A stretch of 64,000 nt of DNA from Hydrolagus colliei (lineage: Eukaryota). Each line of letters opens with the position of its first letter. Within the stretch, counting starts at the first letter, position 1. Below, one piece after another: positions 63,921 to 64,000 of the stretch. The DNA lies in the NCBI GenBank assembly GCA_035084275.1, contig CM068759.1, positions 3,410,001 to 3,474,000 on the forward strand, written 5' to 3'. The notes beneath the pieces were generated by a model that did not search any database, was not told where the DNA came from, and saw nothing but the letters and a program-made list of their open reading frames with translations. The position numbers and the translations under genes are program-made.

Positions 63921-64000
63921 ACCATCGTTGGGTAACATCATGAGCAAAACAAGCCATGTAAACCCACCTCAATTTCTGTGAAGTGTCTCTCTATACACAC

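Noticed and set aside
1-64000. CRISPR array, operons or prokaryotic defence systems
   Set aside because: Sequence is vertebrate; recurring motifs are dispersed retroposons in both orientations, not regularly spaced repeats

Overview
AT-rich, gene-poor vertebrate genomic DNA (large intron or gene desert). The repeat content points to a cartilaginous fish, plausibly a holocephalan such as Callorhinchus; this is inference from repeat families. I cannot support any intact protein-coding gene, structural RNA gene or CRISPR array. The ORF track is explained by chance ORFs and repeats. The window contains: (i) about 20 copies or fragments of a tRNA-headed, Deu-domain, L2-tailed SINE in two structural versions; (ii) an older SacSINE1-like DeuSINE; (iii) more than a dozen 55-75 bp stand-alone L2 3' tails; (iv) L2 and CR1 LINE fragments; (v) ancient LF-SINE-like and AmnSINE2-like relics; (vi) a decayed PIF/Harbinger transposase; (vii) a Penelope-type inverted repeat with degenerate hammerhead cores; and (viii) several repeat-free, homeodomain-motif-rich blocks that resemble conserved enhancers. 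I found no convincing new biological system. The best leads are the modular SINE, the ancient SINE relics near putative enhancers, the hammerhead-bearing foldback element, a template-switch tRNA minihelix and an unexplained recurrent 15-18 bp motif. Family names come from recalled consensus similarity, not database searches, and boundaries are approximate.
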